A stretch of 63,974 nt of DNA, counting the filler, from Actinomycetota bacterium (GTDB taxonomy: Bacteria > Actinomycetota > CADDZG01 > JAHWKV01 > JAOPZY01), in assembly GCA_025963875.1 (NCBI GenBank). It is 8 parts of 8 records of this genome, joined end to end, with 100 filler letters (N's around TTAATTAATTAA, not from the genome) between each part and the next. Parts side by side here need not be neighbours in the genome. Positions count along the whole stretch, not along the records: positions 26,548 to 31,529 come from JAOPZY010000181.1; positions 31,630 to 37,279 come from JAOPZY010000201.1; positions 37,380 to 44,617 come from JAOPZY010000224.1; 5 more parts are not named here. The stretch is one strand, 5' to 3'. This document shows positions 29,578 to 39,739 of this stretch, one piece after another. The translations under genes and the position numbers were made by a program. The first letter of the stretch is position 1; each line of letters begins with the position of its first letter. A model generated the notes under the pieces. That model had not been told where the DNA came from. It made no database searches and saw only the letters and a list, made by a program, of their open reading frames with translations.

Positions 29578-30204
29578 TCAGAATCCGATCGACTGCCGGA
29601 TGAGGACGATATGAATGCGGCCCGGCAGTTCCTGGTGGATCTCGAGAACCTTTCCGACGTAGCTGTTCTGGCCGTAGACCGCAATCGCGCGAGCGTCCTC
29701 CAGTGGAAGGCTGTGCTTGTAGATGCGGTCGTGTGCCGCTTCCAGGTTGGGAACGAGTTTCTGCGCGCCGACGACGAAGATGACGTTGGCGGCTCCCCAG
29801 GCGTAGGAGGCGAGCTGGCTGCCCGAGGCCGAGGCGATGACCAGCGTGCCGTCTTGCGTGACCGCGTGGACGCTGCCGAGGGCGTAATCGGGCTGGCCGC
29901 CGATGGCCTTCATTTCCTGCAGCTGGGTCGCGAAGTCGAGCCCCATCATCTTCGTGCGCGCCGATTCGTAGGGTCCGCCGTCGTTGATCGCGTCCGCGAT
30001 CCCGGTCTCCTGCAGGGTCACGGACGTGTTGGTCATCACGGAGGACCCGTTGGGGATGCGGGCGAGGACGGCGCTGCGAGCGGCGTCCAGGTCATCGACG
30101 ACTTCGACGCTGAACCCGTGCTCTTCGAGGGCAACGACGGCCGACGCTAGCGTCTGGTCGTCAGGCAGCGCCGTGTAGCGGTCAGGTGCCTCGGTTGTAG
30201 TCAA
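29578..30204 (-). CDS. LUD-domain (LutC-like) protein
   Basis: SVTL, ALGSVHAVT.DG.LVIASASGSQL, VVGAQKLV. Confidence 0.85.
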   Translation of the reverse strand: MTTTEAPDRYTALPDDQTLASAVVALEEHGFSVEVVDDLDAARSAVLARIPNGSSVMTNTSVTLQETGIADAINDGGPYESARTKMMGLDFATQLQEMKAIGGQPDYALGSVHAVTQDGTLVIASASGSQLASYAWGAANVIFVVGAQKLVPNLEAAHDRIYKHSLPLEDARAIAVYGQNSYVGKVLEIHQELPGRIHIVLIRQSIGF

Positions 30205-30318
30205 CGGCGGTCCTCCTTCATGTGCGTGTCGTTCCGGTCATGGTGGGGCCGCTGGGGCGCGTGTCGCATCCGCCACCGGTCAGTCGTCGTGGCCCGTTAG
30301 CGGCAGGTAACATCGGAC

Positions 30319-31529
30319 ATGGCCATGCTTTCTCCCCTCCCAGCACGCGCGGCAGCGCTCACGGGCCGGCGCAGGGAACGCGACGAGCTCGACCGGCTCA
30401 TCGAAGCTGTTCGAGCGGGAGAGAGCCGGGCGCTGGTGGTGCGCGGCGAACCCGGTGTGGGCAAAACGGCGCTGTTGGACTACATCGTCGAGCAGGCGTC
30501 GGGCTTCCGTGTCGCGCGCGCGGCGGGTATCCAATCGGAGATGGAACTTGCGTTCGCCGGGTTGCACCAGTTGTTGGCGCCGATGCTGGATCACCTCGAA
30601 CGCCTCCCGAGTCCTCAGCGTGATGCCCTGCGCACCGCGCTCGGCGTCAGCCCCGGGCCGGCACCGGATCGCTTCTTCGTCGCCCTGGCCGTTTTGAGCC
30701 TGCTGTCCGAGATAGCCGAGGAGCAGCCGCTGATCTGCCTGGTGGATGACGAACAGTGGCTAGATCGTGTCTCAGCGCAGGTGCTCGCCTTCGTCGCACG
30801 CCGCCTGGATGCAGAAGGCGTCGGCCTGGTCTTCGCGGCGCGCGTTGCGAGCGACGACCTGGCGGGGTTGCCAGAGCTCGTCGTCGAGGGTTTGCGCGAG
30901 GGCGACGCGGGGACGCTCCTCGACTCGGTGCTCACCGGCCCGCTCGACGCGCGGGTCCGCGACTGCATCCTCGCCGAGACGCGCGGCAACCCCCTGGCGC
31001 TGTTGGAGCTGCCACGGGGGTTGACACCGGCGGAGCTGGCGGGCGGGTTCGCGCTCCCCGACGCGATGCCGCTCTCAGGGCGGATCGAGGGGACCTTCCG
31101 GCGCCGGCTCGATGCTCTTCCGCCCCAGGCACGGCGCCTGCTGCAGCTCGCGGCGGCCGATCCGCTGGGCGAGCCGTCGCTGCTCTGGCGAGCAGCCGAG
31201 CGGCTCGGGATCGGGACCGAGGCTGCAACGCCCGCGGTTGAGGCCGGACTCATCGAGTTCGGCGCCCGCGTCCGGTTTCGTCATCCGCTGGTTCGCTCGG
31301 CGGCCTACCGGTCGGCGTCACTTCAGGAGAGACAGGACGTGCACCGAGCCCTTGCCGAGGTCACCGATCCGCAGATCGATCCCGACCGCCGCGCCTGGCA
31401 CCGCGCCCAGGCCACGCCAGGGCCCGACGAGGACGTCGCCGAGGAGCTGGAGCGCTCGGCCGGCCGAGCGCAGGCCCGCGGGGGCCTGGCTGCGGCGGCC
31501 GCCTTCCTCGAGCGGGCGGCGATGCTGAC
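30319..31529 (+). CDS. LuxR-family large ATP-binding regulator N-terminus (3' cut by contig break)
   Basis: GRRRE, GEPGVGKT, VDDEQWLD, GNPLAL, FRHPLVR. Confidence 0.9.
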
Positions 31530-31629
31530 NNNNNNNNNNNNNNNNNNNNNNNNNNNNNNNNNNNNNNNNNNNNTTAATTAATTAANNNNNNNNNNNNNNN
31601 NNNNNNNNNNNNNNNNNNNNNNNNNNNNN

Positions 31630-32206
31630 CACCGGCACCTGGAGCTTCACCCTCACCGTGCTCCCGCCGGGCCCACCGCCGTCAACTTCCGGCTACTGGC
31701 TGGTGGCCTCCGACGGTGGGATCTTCTCCTTCGGGAACGCCGGGTTCTTCGGCTCCACCGGGAACATCCATCTCAATAAGCCGGTCGTCGGCATGGCGTC
31801 CACCCCCGACAGCCGGGGCTATTGGATGGTCGCCTCCGACGGCGGCATCTTCGCCTTCGGCGACGCCGCCTTCTTCGGCTCGATGGGCGGCACCCCCCTC
31901 AACCAGCCGATCGTCGGCTTGGCCCCCTCTCACACCGGTGAGGGTTACTGGATGGTGGCGTCCGACGGCGGCATCTTCGCCTTCGGCGACGCGGGCTTCT
32001 TCGGCTCGACCGGCGGCATCCGGCTCAACCAGCTGGTGACCGCCATGAGCGCCACACCGACTGGTGCCGGCTACTACATGCTCGGCCGGGACGGCGGCAT
32101 CTTCAACTTCGGTGACGCCGCCTTCTTCGGCGCCCTACCCGGCCTCGTCAAGGGGCCAGCGGCGGCCATTCCCAAGGTCGGGATGGCGATCTCCCAGACC
32201 CGCTGA
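31630..32206 (+). CDS. C-terminus of a surface protein with YW(L/M)[11 protein letters not shown] repeats (5' cut)
   Basis: Four repeats GY(W/Y)....DGGIF.FG.A.FFG, a C-terminal module common in Acidimicrobiia-like proteins. Confidence 0.8.
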
Positions 32207-32231
32207 AAGGGCGAGTGCGTATCCTCGATGT

Positions 32232-32663
32232 GTGACGTCGGACGAGGAGCTTCGCCACATCTTCCGTGAGGTCCGGACCATCGCGGTGGTCGGGGCATCG
32301 ATGCACGAGCACAAGCCGTCTCACTACGTGCCGCGCTATCTCCAGGAACAGGGCTACCGCATCGTCCCCGTCAATCCCCTGCGCCATTCGCAGGGCGGCG
32401 AGATCCTCGGCGAGCGCGTGTACCGCCGGCTGGAGGACGTCGACATCCCCTTTGATGCCGTCGAGGTCTTCCGCCCCCCAGCCGAGGCAGCGGCGGTCGC
32501 CCGCAGCGCAATCGCCTGCGGGGCCGGCGTCCTGTGGTTCCAGCTTCAGACCCAGACGGACGAGGCCGTGCGCCTCGCCGAGGAGGCGGGCCTCAGGGTG
32601 GTGACCGACCACTGCATGATGCCGGAGCACCGCCGGCTGTTCGCTTCTCCGGGGGACCGATGA
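32232..32663 (+). CDS. CoA-binding protein (YccU-like)
   Basis: TIAVVGAS, YLQEQGYRIVPVNP, VFRP, VLWFQ. Confidence 0.9.
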   Translation: MTSDEELRHIFREVRTIAVVGASMHEHKPSHYVPRYLQEQGYRIVPVNPLRHSQGGEILGERVYRRLEDVDIPFDAVEVFRPPAEAAAVARSAIACGAGVLWFQLQTQTDEAVRLAEEAGLRVVTDHCMMPEHRRLFASPGDR

Positions 32664-32693
32664 GTTCCGTCCCACCGCACCGTCTCGTTTGCA

Positions 32694-32966
32694 GTGAGTC
32701 ATCGACGGCCGGGATTCGAGCGCCGGGTGATCACCCTGGCGCCCGGGACAAGCCGCCCCTTCGATACGGCGGACTGGGCCGACGCACTCGTCGTCCTCGA
32801 ATGCGGCGAGGTGGAGCTGGAAGCCTTGAGCGGCTGCCGTATCCGCCTTCAGCCCGGCGCCATCTTCTGGCTGGCCGGTCTGCCGCTGCGATGCCTGCAC
32901 AACCCCGGGCAGCAACCGGCGGTGCTGGTGGCAATATCCCGGAGAAAGTCGGCCGGCGATCGATGA
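32694..32966 (+). CDS. Small cupin-like hypothetical protein
   Basis: ALVVLECGEVEL...GAIFWL...LHNPG. Confidence 0.6.
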   Translation: MSHRRPGFERRVITLAPGTSRPFDTADWADALVVLECGEVELEALSGCRIRLQPGAIFWLAGLPLRCLHNPGQQPAVLVAISRRKSAGDR

Positions 32967-33026
32967 TTCGCCGTCCCTCTTCGTGTCTCATCTTCTGACA
33001 AGCACAATGTGCGAAGGAGGGCAGAC

Positions 33027-33485
33027 ATGAAGACCGTGCAATTCAAGGCCACGCTCGAACTCGCCGGCAAGACGGCGACGGGCATCGAGGTCCCCGAGGC
33101 CGTGGTCACGAGCCTCGGGTCGAGCAAGCGGCCTGCCGTCCGCGTCACCATCAAGGGCTACACCTACCGCAGCACCATTGCGTCGATGGGCGGCCGCTAC
33201 ATGGTGGGCGTCAACGCCGAGAACCGTGAGGCGGCCGGGGTCGCCGCCGGAGACGAGCTGGAGGTCGACATCGAGCTTGACACGGAGGCCCGCGAGGTCA
33301 CCGTGCCACCCCAAGTGGCCCAGTTCCTTGAGGGTGACGCCGCCGCCAAGCAGTTCTTCGAGGGGCTGTCGTACAGCCGCAAGCGGCTCTTCACGGTTCC
33401 CATCGAGCAGGCCAAGACCCCCGAGACCCTCCAGAGGCGCCTCGACAAGGCGCTCGACGCGCTGCGGGAGGGCCGCCTCCCCTAG
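33027..33485 (+). CDS. DUF1905 + YdeI/OmpD-associated protein
   Basis: TGIEVP, YTYRSTI, AENREAAGV, LSYS, AKTPET..RR. Confidence 0.88.
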   Translation: MKTVQFKATLELAGKTATGIEVPEAVVTSLGSSKRPAVRVTIKGYTYRSTIASMGGRYMVGVNAENREAAGVAAGDELEVDIELDTEAREVTVPPQVAQFLEGDAAAKQFFEGLSYSRKRLFTVPIEQAKTPETLQRRLDKALDALREGRLP

Positions 33486-33506
33486 TCCGTACGGCAGAAT
33501 GAGCCC

Positions 33507-35000
33507 GTGAGCCCGTCGGGGATCCTTGCCTACCACGAGGCATCGAAGCATTCGCCAGAGAGCGTCCGGCGCTCCAGCCGGGGCCTGGACTGGGCCAACA
33601 AGCCCTTTCCCTACAAGGACTATCCCCGAGGCCTGCCCAGCATCGATCTTCCGATGCCCGGCGTCCCGCTTCCGGTGAGTGCCTTGGACGCCGTGGCAGG
33701 GCTGGGTCCCTCCTCGGCACGGGAGCTGGACGCCGGCGAGCTCGGACGCCTCCTCAACTACGGCGCCGGCGTCATGCGCAAGCGGCCGATCTCCGAGACC
33801 CAGGCGATGTACTTCCGGACCTACGCGTCGGCCGGCGGCCTGTACCCCGTCGAGGTGTATGCCGTCACGGGGGACCTCCCCGGGGTGGGGCCCGGCCTGT
33901 ATCACTACCATCCCCGGCGGCGTGCCCTCGTGGCCCTGCGAGCGGGGGACCACCGTGGGTCGCTCGTCGAGGCGACCGCCTCCGAGCCCGCCGTCCCCGA
34001 GGCGCCGTTGACCCTGGTGCTGACCGGCATCCCCTGGCGGACTGCGTGGAAGTACGGCGCGCGCGGCTTCCGCCATCTGTACTGGGACGCCGGCATGATC
34101 CTTGCCAATCTCCTGGCGCTCGCCGCCGCCTCCGGGCTGCCGGCCCGGGTCGTGATGGGCTTCGACGATGCCGCCGTCGAGCGCCTCCTCGGGATCGACG
34201 GCCGGCACGAGTTTCCGTTGTGCCTGCTCACAATCGGTGGCGGGTCCACGGCCCCGGCCGCCGCCGAGGTCCCTGACCTCGCGCTGGCGACGCGTCCCCT
34301 GTCCGCCGAAGAGATCGAGTACCCGCAGATCGTGGCGGCACAGGATTCGGGTCGCCTCCAGGCCGGCGAGGTGGCTGGCTGGCGGGGGAGCGGTGCAGCG
34401 GCCGCGCGGCCGGCGCTGCTGGGCGCGGCTCCGGGCCCCCACGACCTGCTGGAGAACGTCATCCGCCGCCGCGGCTCCGCCCGCTCGTTCGACCGCAAGC
34501 CGATGCCCGTCGATGCCCTCACCAGCATGCTCGCCCCGGCCACCAGTGGCGTGCCGGCCGACTATGCACCCGCCGGGTCCCGCCTGGTGGAGCCCTACCT
34601 CATCGCCAACCGGGTGGACGGTCTGGGAGCGGGCGCCTACCGCTTCGACGGGGAGAAGCTGCAGCTGCTAGCCAGCGGCGACTTCGCCCAGGAGGCCGCC
34701 TATCTCTGCCTCGAGCAGGCGCTCGCCCACGACGCCGCGGCGACGCATTTCCTCATGGTGGACCTGGAGAAGGTGCTCGGCCGCTTCGGCGACCGCGGCT
34801 ACCGCCTGGCGCAGCTGGAGGCGGGAATCGTCGCCGGGCGCATGTACCTGGGGGCCGAGGCCCACCGTCTGGGAGCCACCGGCCTCACGTTCTACGACGA
34901 CGACGTGACCCGGTTCTTCGCTGATGGGGACCGGCCGAAGAGCTGCATGCTCGTCCTGGCCGCCGGCCCCGCCACCCGCCACCTGCTGCCGTTAGCCTGA
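33507..35000 (+). CDS. SagB/ThcOx-like two-domain nitroreductase-fold dehydrogenase
   Basis: YHEASKH, LDWANKP, SAGGLYPVE, WKYGARG, RRGSARSF, GATGLTFYDD. Confidence 0.85.
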   Translation: MSPSGILAYHEASKHSPESVRRSSRGLDWANKPFPYKDYPRGLPSIDLPMPGVPLPVSALDAVAGLGPSSARELDAGELGRLLNYGAGVMRKRPISETQAMYFRTYASAGGLYPVEVYAVTGDLPGVGPGLYHYHPRRRALVALRAGDHRGSLVEATASEPAVPEAPLTLVLTGIPWRTAWKYGARGFRHLYWDAGMILANLLALAAASGLPARVVMGFDDAAVERLLGIDGRHEFPLCLLTIGGGSTAPAAAEVPDLALATRPLSAEEIEYPQIVAAQDSGRLQAGEVAGWRGSGAAAARPALLGAAPGPHDLLENVIRRRGSARSFDRKPMPVDALTSMLAPATSGVPADYAPAGSRLVEPYLIANRVDGLGAGAYRFDGEKLQLLASGDFAQEAAYLCLEQALAHDAAATHFLMVDLEKVLGRFGDRGYRLAQLEAGIVAGRMYLGAEAHRLGATGLTFYDDDVTRFFADGDRPKSCMLVLAAGPATRHLLPLA

Positions 35001-35004
35001 CCGC

Positions 35005-35628
35005 TCAGGCGAGGCGGACCGCCTCGTCGTAGTCAAGCCGCGGCAGGCGATCCTTCCAGGCGTCGGGGCCAGGCACGCCGATGTTGACCACCAGGATGGA
35101 GTGCCACGTGCCGTCGGCGAAGAACTCCTTGTCGACGCCGGCGGCGTCGAAGCCGCCCATCGGGCCGGCCGCGAGGCCCATGGCCCGGACGCCAAGGAGG
35201 AAGTATCCGGCCTGCAGGGTGGCATTGAATTTCGCCTGCCGCTCCCGGAGATCATCGTCGGCAGCGAAGTAGTCCTTCATGCCAGGACGGTGCGGGAACA
35301 GCCGGTCCAGGTGCTCGTGGAACGACGCATCCGCCGCCAGCACCGCGACGACCGGGGCACTCCGGGCCTTTTCCCGGTTGCCCTCGGCGAGGTGGGCGAT
35401 CAGCCGCTCCTTGGCCTCGGGCGAGCGGATGAACAGAATGCGCAACGGTTGCGCGTTCCCGCCTGTGGGCGCCCACTTCACCAGGTCGTAGATGGCGGCA
35501 AGCTGCTCGTCGTCAACCGGTTCGTCACTGAAGGTGTTGGCGGTCCGGGCGTTGGTGAACAGCAGGCCCTGGGACTCCTCATCGAGAACCAGGCGGGGTG
35601 GCTGCAGGTCGGTCGTCGTGTCGTTCAT
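35005..35628 (-). CDS. Malonic semialdehyde reductase-like nitroreductase (RutE family)
   Basis: LFTNARTAN.F, KWAPT..N.QPLR, GPMGGFD, RLPRL. Confidence 0.85.
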   Translation of the reverse strand: MNDTTTDLQPPRLVLDEESQGLLFTNARTANTFSDEPVDDEQLAAIYDLVKWAPTGGNAQPLRILFIRSPEAKERLIAHLAEGNREKARSAPVVAVLAADASFHEHLDRLFPHRPGMKDYFAADDDLRERQAKFNATLQAGYFLLGVRAMGLAAGPMGGFDAAGVDKEFFADGTWHSILVVNIGVPGPDAWKDRLPRLDYDEAVRLA

Positions 35629-35743
35629 CGGGGCTCCTTAGGTCGTGTGTCTGGCCGGTACGTTTCTTCCGCTAGCGTATCACAATCAGCTAGCTTTTTC
35701 GAAGTTCCTTCTATTATGGAGGCTGACCGTCTACACTGGTGGT

Positions 35744-36103
35744 ATGCCTGCGAGCCGAACCGACCACCACCCCCACACCTGCGATCGTCAGTTGACGCGT
35801 GCGTTCGGGTTCCTGGGGAAACGATGGAACGGCGTGCTTATCGGTGCGCTGTCCGGCGGACCGGCGAGCTTTACCGAGCTCTGCCGGGGAGTGCCCGGCA
35901 TCAGCGAGTCGGTCCTGTCGGATCGCCTCAGCGAGTTGGCCGCCGCCGGCCTGGTCCACCGTGAGGTGGTCGAAGGCCCCCCCGTGGGAGTCCACTACCA
36001 GTTGACGCTGGCGGGCCTGGCGTTGATCCCGGTCCTCCAGGATCTTGCCCGATGGGCGCACGAAAACCTGCCCGAACCGCAACCGGTTGCTGCCGCCCGC
36101 TGA
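35744..36103 (+). CDS. HxlR family winged-helix regulator
   Basis: FGFLGKRW, GISESVLSDRLSEL, GPPVGVHYQLT; divergent from the nitroreductase. Confidence 0.88.
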   Translation: MPASRTDHHPHTCDRQLTRAFGFLGKRWNGVLIGALSGGPASFTELCRGVPGISESVLSDRLSELAAAGLVHREVVEGPPVGVHYQLTLAGLALIPVLQDLARWAHENLPEPQPVAAAR

Positions 36104-36125
36104 CCCAGGTCAGCCCCGACGCGAA

Positions 36126-36153
36126 GAGGCCCGGACCGCAAGGTCCGGGCCTC
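36126..36153. terminator. Hairpin between the convergent HxlR and lon genes
   Basis: GAGGCCCGGACC-GCAA-GGTCCGGGCCTC, perfect 12-bp stem with GNRA loop. Confidence 0.75.
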
Positions 36154-36172
36154 GTTCATTGTCGAGCTGGTG

Positions 36173-37279
36173 TTACGCGGCCTGCGCCGGGGTGTGCTCG
36201 GCCACCTTCGGTGCCTCGAGCGCCACCGCCAGGACCTGGGCGACCTCGCTCGCCGAGTGGAAGGTCATCTGCTCCTTCACGCTCTCGGGCAGTTCGTCGA
36301 GGTCAACCTCGTTGCGGGCCGGGAAGACGACCTCCTTGAGGCCCGCCCGGTGGGCGGCCAGCACCTTTTGCTTCAGGCCGCCGATCGGCAGGACCCGGCC
36401 CTGCAGCGTGACCTCGCCGGTCATGCCGACGACGCTGCGAACCGGACGGCCGGTCAGGAGGCTGACCAGGGCGGTCGTCATCGTGACGCCCGCCGACGGC
36501 CCGTCCTTCGGCACCGCTCCCGCCGGCACGTGCAGGTGGAAGGTCCGGTTCTCGAAGGCCTTCGGGTCGATCCCGAGCTCCGCCGCGTGGCTCCGCACGT
36601 AGGAGAGGGCGATCTGCGCCGACTCCTTCATGACGTCACCCAACTGGCCGGTCAGGGTCAGCGAACGCTCACCCTCGGCGACATTGGCCTCGATGTAGAG
36701 GACATCGCCGCCGAGTCCGGTGACCGCCAGTCCGGTCGCCACACCCGGCACCGCGGTGCGTTCCACTGAGTCGGGGGTGAACCGCGGTCGGCCGAGGTAC
36801 TTCTTGAGATCAGCGACGTCGATCGTCAGTGACTCTTCCGGAACAGCCCCGGCGCTCTCGGAAGATACTGCTGCCGACGATTTCTCGGACCTCACCAGCG
36901 TGTCGTAACCCAGTTCGGCGCCGTAACCCAGATCGGACACCACCGCATCGGATTCACCTGCGGCCGAGCCGATTACATCCTCGGACAGCCGAGTCGCCGC
37001 CTTGCGCAACGCCTTCGCGATCAACCGCTCCATCTGCCGCACTCCGGCTTCCCGGGTGTAGTTGGCCGCGATCTCACGCAGTGCCGCGTCGGTGACGGTG
37101 ACCTCCTCGGCGGTCAGCGCATTGCGTTCCAGCTGCCGTGGCACGAGGAAGTCGCGGGCGATGGCCACCTTGTCGTCCTCGGTGTAACCGTCGATGGTGA
37201 TCAGCTCCATCCGGTCCAGCAGCGGGCCGGGGATGGTGTCCATGACATTCGCCGTGGCGATGAACAGCACGTCGGACAG
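36173..37279 (-). CDS. lon: Lon protease C-terminal half (5' cut)
   Basis: FIATAN, PLLDRME, YTREAGVR, PKDGPSAG, MTGEVTL.G.VLPIGGLKQK. Confidence 0.95.
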   Translation of the reverse strand: MSDVLFIATANVMDTIPGPLLDRMELITIDGYTEDDKVAIARDFLVPRQLERNALTAEEVTVTDAALREIAANYTREAGVRQMERLIAKALRKAATRLSEDVIGSAAGESDAVVSDLGYGAELGYDTLVRSEKSSAAVSSESAGAVPEESLTIDVADLKKYLGRPRFTPDSVERTAVPGVATGLAVTGLGGDVLYIEANVAEGERSLTLTGQLGDVMKESAQIALSYVRSHAAELGIDPKAFENRTFHLHVPAGAVPKDGPSAGVTMTTALVSLLTGRPVRSVVGMTGEVTLQGRVLPIGGLKQKVLAAHRAGLKEVVFPARNEVDLDELPESVKEQMTFHSASEVAQVLAVALEAPKVAEHTPAQAA

Positions 37280-37764
37280 NNNNNNNNNNNNNNNNNNNNN
37301 NNNNNNNNNNNNNNNNNNNNNNNTTAATTAATTAANNNNNNNNNNNNNNNNNNNNNNNNNNNNNNNNNNNNNNNNNNNNGAGGTCGCCTGGGCGATCATG
37401 GCCGAGGTGCTGGCCGTCCGCGCCGGCCACCGGGCCGGCTTCCTCCGTGACCGCAAGGGTCACATCCACCCCCGCGCCGACTCCGTCTCCGAATCAGCTG
37501 AGACCGGCAACGCCACGTCCGCTGCGGCCTCGGTGGGGGCTGCGTGACGCGAGCGTCAGCCCCCACAACCGACGGTCTCGACTTTACCAAGGGCAACTAT
37601 CCAGACGTTGCAGCGCGCCTGGAAAAGTGGCGCTTCCCAGAGCGTCGTATCCACCACTCTTCGTGGGCGTATTGCCTGGTAGTCATGTGGACTTTGTGAT
37701 TCCGGAACAGTTAGGGTTTGTTTCCGTGTAACCACGGGGCGTCGCTAGAGGAGGGGGATTAGAA

Positions 37765-38319
37765 GTGCTGATTGAGAACGAGTTCACCATTCCAGCACCG
37801 GTGGACCAGGTGTGGAAGTACATGAACGACTTCCCGCGCGTCGCGCGGTGCATGCCGGGCGCCGAGATCGTCTCGGCAACCGATCGCCAGGTGAAGGGCC
37901 GGGTCAAGATCAGCATGGGCCCGCTCAAGCTGGCATTCTCCGGAGTCATCGACATCCTGGAGAAGAACGACGGCTCCCACCGGGTGGTCATGAAGGCCAC
38001 GGGCTCGGAGGAGAAGGGCAAGGGCCAGGCCTCCGCCACGGTGACGTCGACGATGCAGCAGGCCGGTGGCGGCACCCGGGTGATGCTCTCCCAGGACATC
38101 CAGATGACCGGTGCCATCGCCCAGTACGGCCGAGGCATGATGCAGGACGTCATCGGCTCGCTCATGAAGCAGTTCGCCAACTGTGCAGCCGGTGACATCG
38201 CAAAGCCCGGGGCCGCCGGCAAGGGCGCCGGCAAGGTCAAGGCGATGAGCGGTTTCTCACTCATGCTCATCTCCGCTAAGGCCTTCTTCAAGAACATCTT
38301 CAAGTTCGGAAAGAAGTAG
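37765..38319 (+). CDS. coxG: CoxG/SRPBCC family protein with C-terminal amphipathic tail
   Basis: IENEFT.PAP, ARCMPGA, GPLKL.FSG, KATG.E.KGKG.A, GAIAQYGRGMMQDV; tail ISAKAFFKNIFKFGKK. Confidence 0.8.
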   Translation: MLIENEFTIPAPVDQVWKYMNDFPRVARCMPGAEIVSATDRQVKGRVKISMGPLKLAFSGVIDILEKNDGSHRVVMKATGSEEKGKGQASATVTSTMQQAGGGTRVMLSQDIQMTGAIAQYGRGMMQDVIGSLMKQFANCAAGDIAKPGAAGKGAGKVKAMSGFSLMLISAKAFFKNIFKFGKK

Positions 38320-38399
38320 GGCAGTCTTAGTAGGGGTAACGCACCCCTCGTGCGTTTACATAGCGTCGGGGAGTCGGCGCGAGAGAAGAGGGAGGGTCC

Positions 38400-38672
38400 A
38401 TGGGTGGTCCAGGAGGGCTTTTCGCAGCGGGGCTTTTGGTCCTACTGCTGGTGGCAGCAATCCCGTACCTGGTTTCGCTACAGCGGGTGATGAGTGCCAT
38501 CAACAGTATTCGGGGCCATGTCGATGGCATCCTCGAGAACGGCGTCATCCTCACGGGTGAGCTTGACGGGGTGCCGGAACTGCTTGAGATCACCGACAGC
38601 GTGGTCAAGGAGGTCGCCGTGGGCGCCACCCGCTACGCCAATGCGGTGGATCGGGTGGTGCGTGGCGGTTAG
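38400..38672 (+). CDS. Hypothetical single-TM + helical protein 1 (90 aa)
   Basis: GGAGG RBS; N-terminal TM ending YL, then amphipathic helix. Confidence 0.75.
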   Translation: MGGPGGLFAAGLLVLLLVAAIPYLVSLQRVMSAINSIRGHVDGILENGVILTGELDGVPELLEITDSVVKEVAVGATRYANAVDRVVRGG

Positions 38673-38745
38673 GAGCGGCCTCTCCTGTCATGAGGTACCC
38701 GTTTCAGAGGAAGCACAACCTTTGATGGAGAGGAGGAAGGCCTAG

Positions 38746-39009
38746 ATGAGCATTTTCGGATGGCTCGACCTGGTGTTGATCGCCGTGGTCGTCATATCGC
38801 TGACCAGCTATCTCTACCGCATCATCGCCCAGCTGAACCACGTCACCTTCACCTTGGGCACGATCATCGCCGGTGTGGCGGCGATCGCCAACCAGACCCA
38901 GACCGTGCCGCCGGTGGTGAGTAACGTGAACAACAACCTCGCTCCCGTCCGTGCAAAGGCCGACGCCCTCGCGGGTCGGGCCGGAGGCAGTCGGCGCGGA
39001 CACACGTAG
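38746..39009 (+). CDS. Hypothetical single-TM + helical protein 2 (87 aa)
   Basis: AGGAGGAAGG RBS; TM ending YL then heptad I/L/V pattern. Confidence 0.8.
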   Translation: MSIFGWLDLVLIAVVVISLTSYLYRIIAQLNHVTFTLGTIIAGVAAIANQTQTVPPVVSNVNNNLAPVRAKADALAGRAGGSRRGHT

Positions 39010-39090
39010 GACTGATGGTCAGTAACGTGTCATAGACGTTCACGGGAGAACCAAAGGAGGCACCGGTATGGAGGGAAGGAGGTTGAGCCC

Positions 39091-39378
39091 ATGGTAACGC
39101 TAGCGGCGAGTCTGTTGGCCAGTCCGACGCAGGCCAATCTCACCGGCTGGTACATCGGATTCGTCATCACGACGATCGCAATTGTCATCGTCGTCATCGA
39201 GGTGCAGGCCATCCTCGTCCTCGCCCGCAACATCGGGGTGCAGGCGCAGGAAGCGATTCGGGGGCTGGAAGCATGCTGGACCAATACGGCCCCGTTGTGG
39301 GATCTGCAGACCACCATTGATCACGCGTCAACCATCGTCAATGACCTGCTCACGGTTCGAAAGTCTCTCGGGGGGTGA
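39091..39378 (+). CDS. Hypothetical single-TM + helical protein 3 (95 aa)
   Basis: AAGGAGG RBS; TM, then helix with NT..L. Confidence 0.8.
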   Translation: MVTLAASLLASPTQANLTGWYIGFVITTIAIVIVVIEVQAILVLARNIGVQAQEAIRGLEACWTNTAPLWDLQTTIDHASTIVNDLLTVRKSLGG

Positions 39379-39388
39379 TGGGAGGAAA

Positions 39389-39739
39389 ATGATTGCACCA
39401 CTCGTTGCAGTTGCTGCACATCTCCCGGCAGCCTCGTCTGTGCCGGGGTACGCCCCCGAGGAAGTGACCTGGTGGTGGATGGCCGTCGGTCTCGGCCTCG
39501 TCGTCGTCCTCGTCGTCATCGGCGTGCTGACGTTGCTTATCCGTCTCGTCCAGGACATTGACCGGGGTGTGGAGGGCGTCGTCGAGACGCTCGGCCAGAC
39601 CGCCCGGAACACTGGCGAGAGCTTCCTGATCGCCGACACCGCGGGTCAGGTCGATGCGGTGCTGGCCGAGGGTCTGAATCACCACCTGTTCCTCACCCGG
39701 GTTCTGTCGGGCTCTGGCAAGAAGGCGGTGCCGCGCTAA
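39389..39739 (+). CDS. Hypothetical single-TM + helical protein 4 (116 aa)
   Basis: GGAGG RBS; WWWMAVGLGLVVVLVVIGVLTLL, DIDRGV, ARNT; TAATG overlap with the next gene. Confidence 0.8.
   Translation: MIAPLVAVAAHLPAASSVPGYAPEEVTWWWMAVGLGLVVVLVVIGVLTLLIRLVQDIDRGVEGVVETLGQTARNTGESFLIADTAGQVDAVLAEGLNHHLFLTRVLSGSGKKAVPR

Noticed and set aside
31690..32130. ~114-nt periodic repeats as a CRISPR array
   Set aside because: They are in-frame protein repeats (DGGIFxFG), with no unique spacers or cas genes.
33507..35000. SagB-like gene as part of a TOMM/RiPP cluster
   Set aside because: No YcaO, precursor peptide or transporter nearby; stand-alone two-domain homologs are common.
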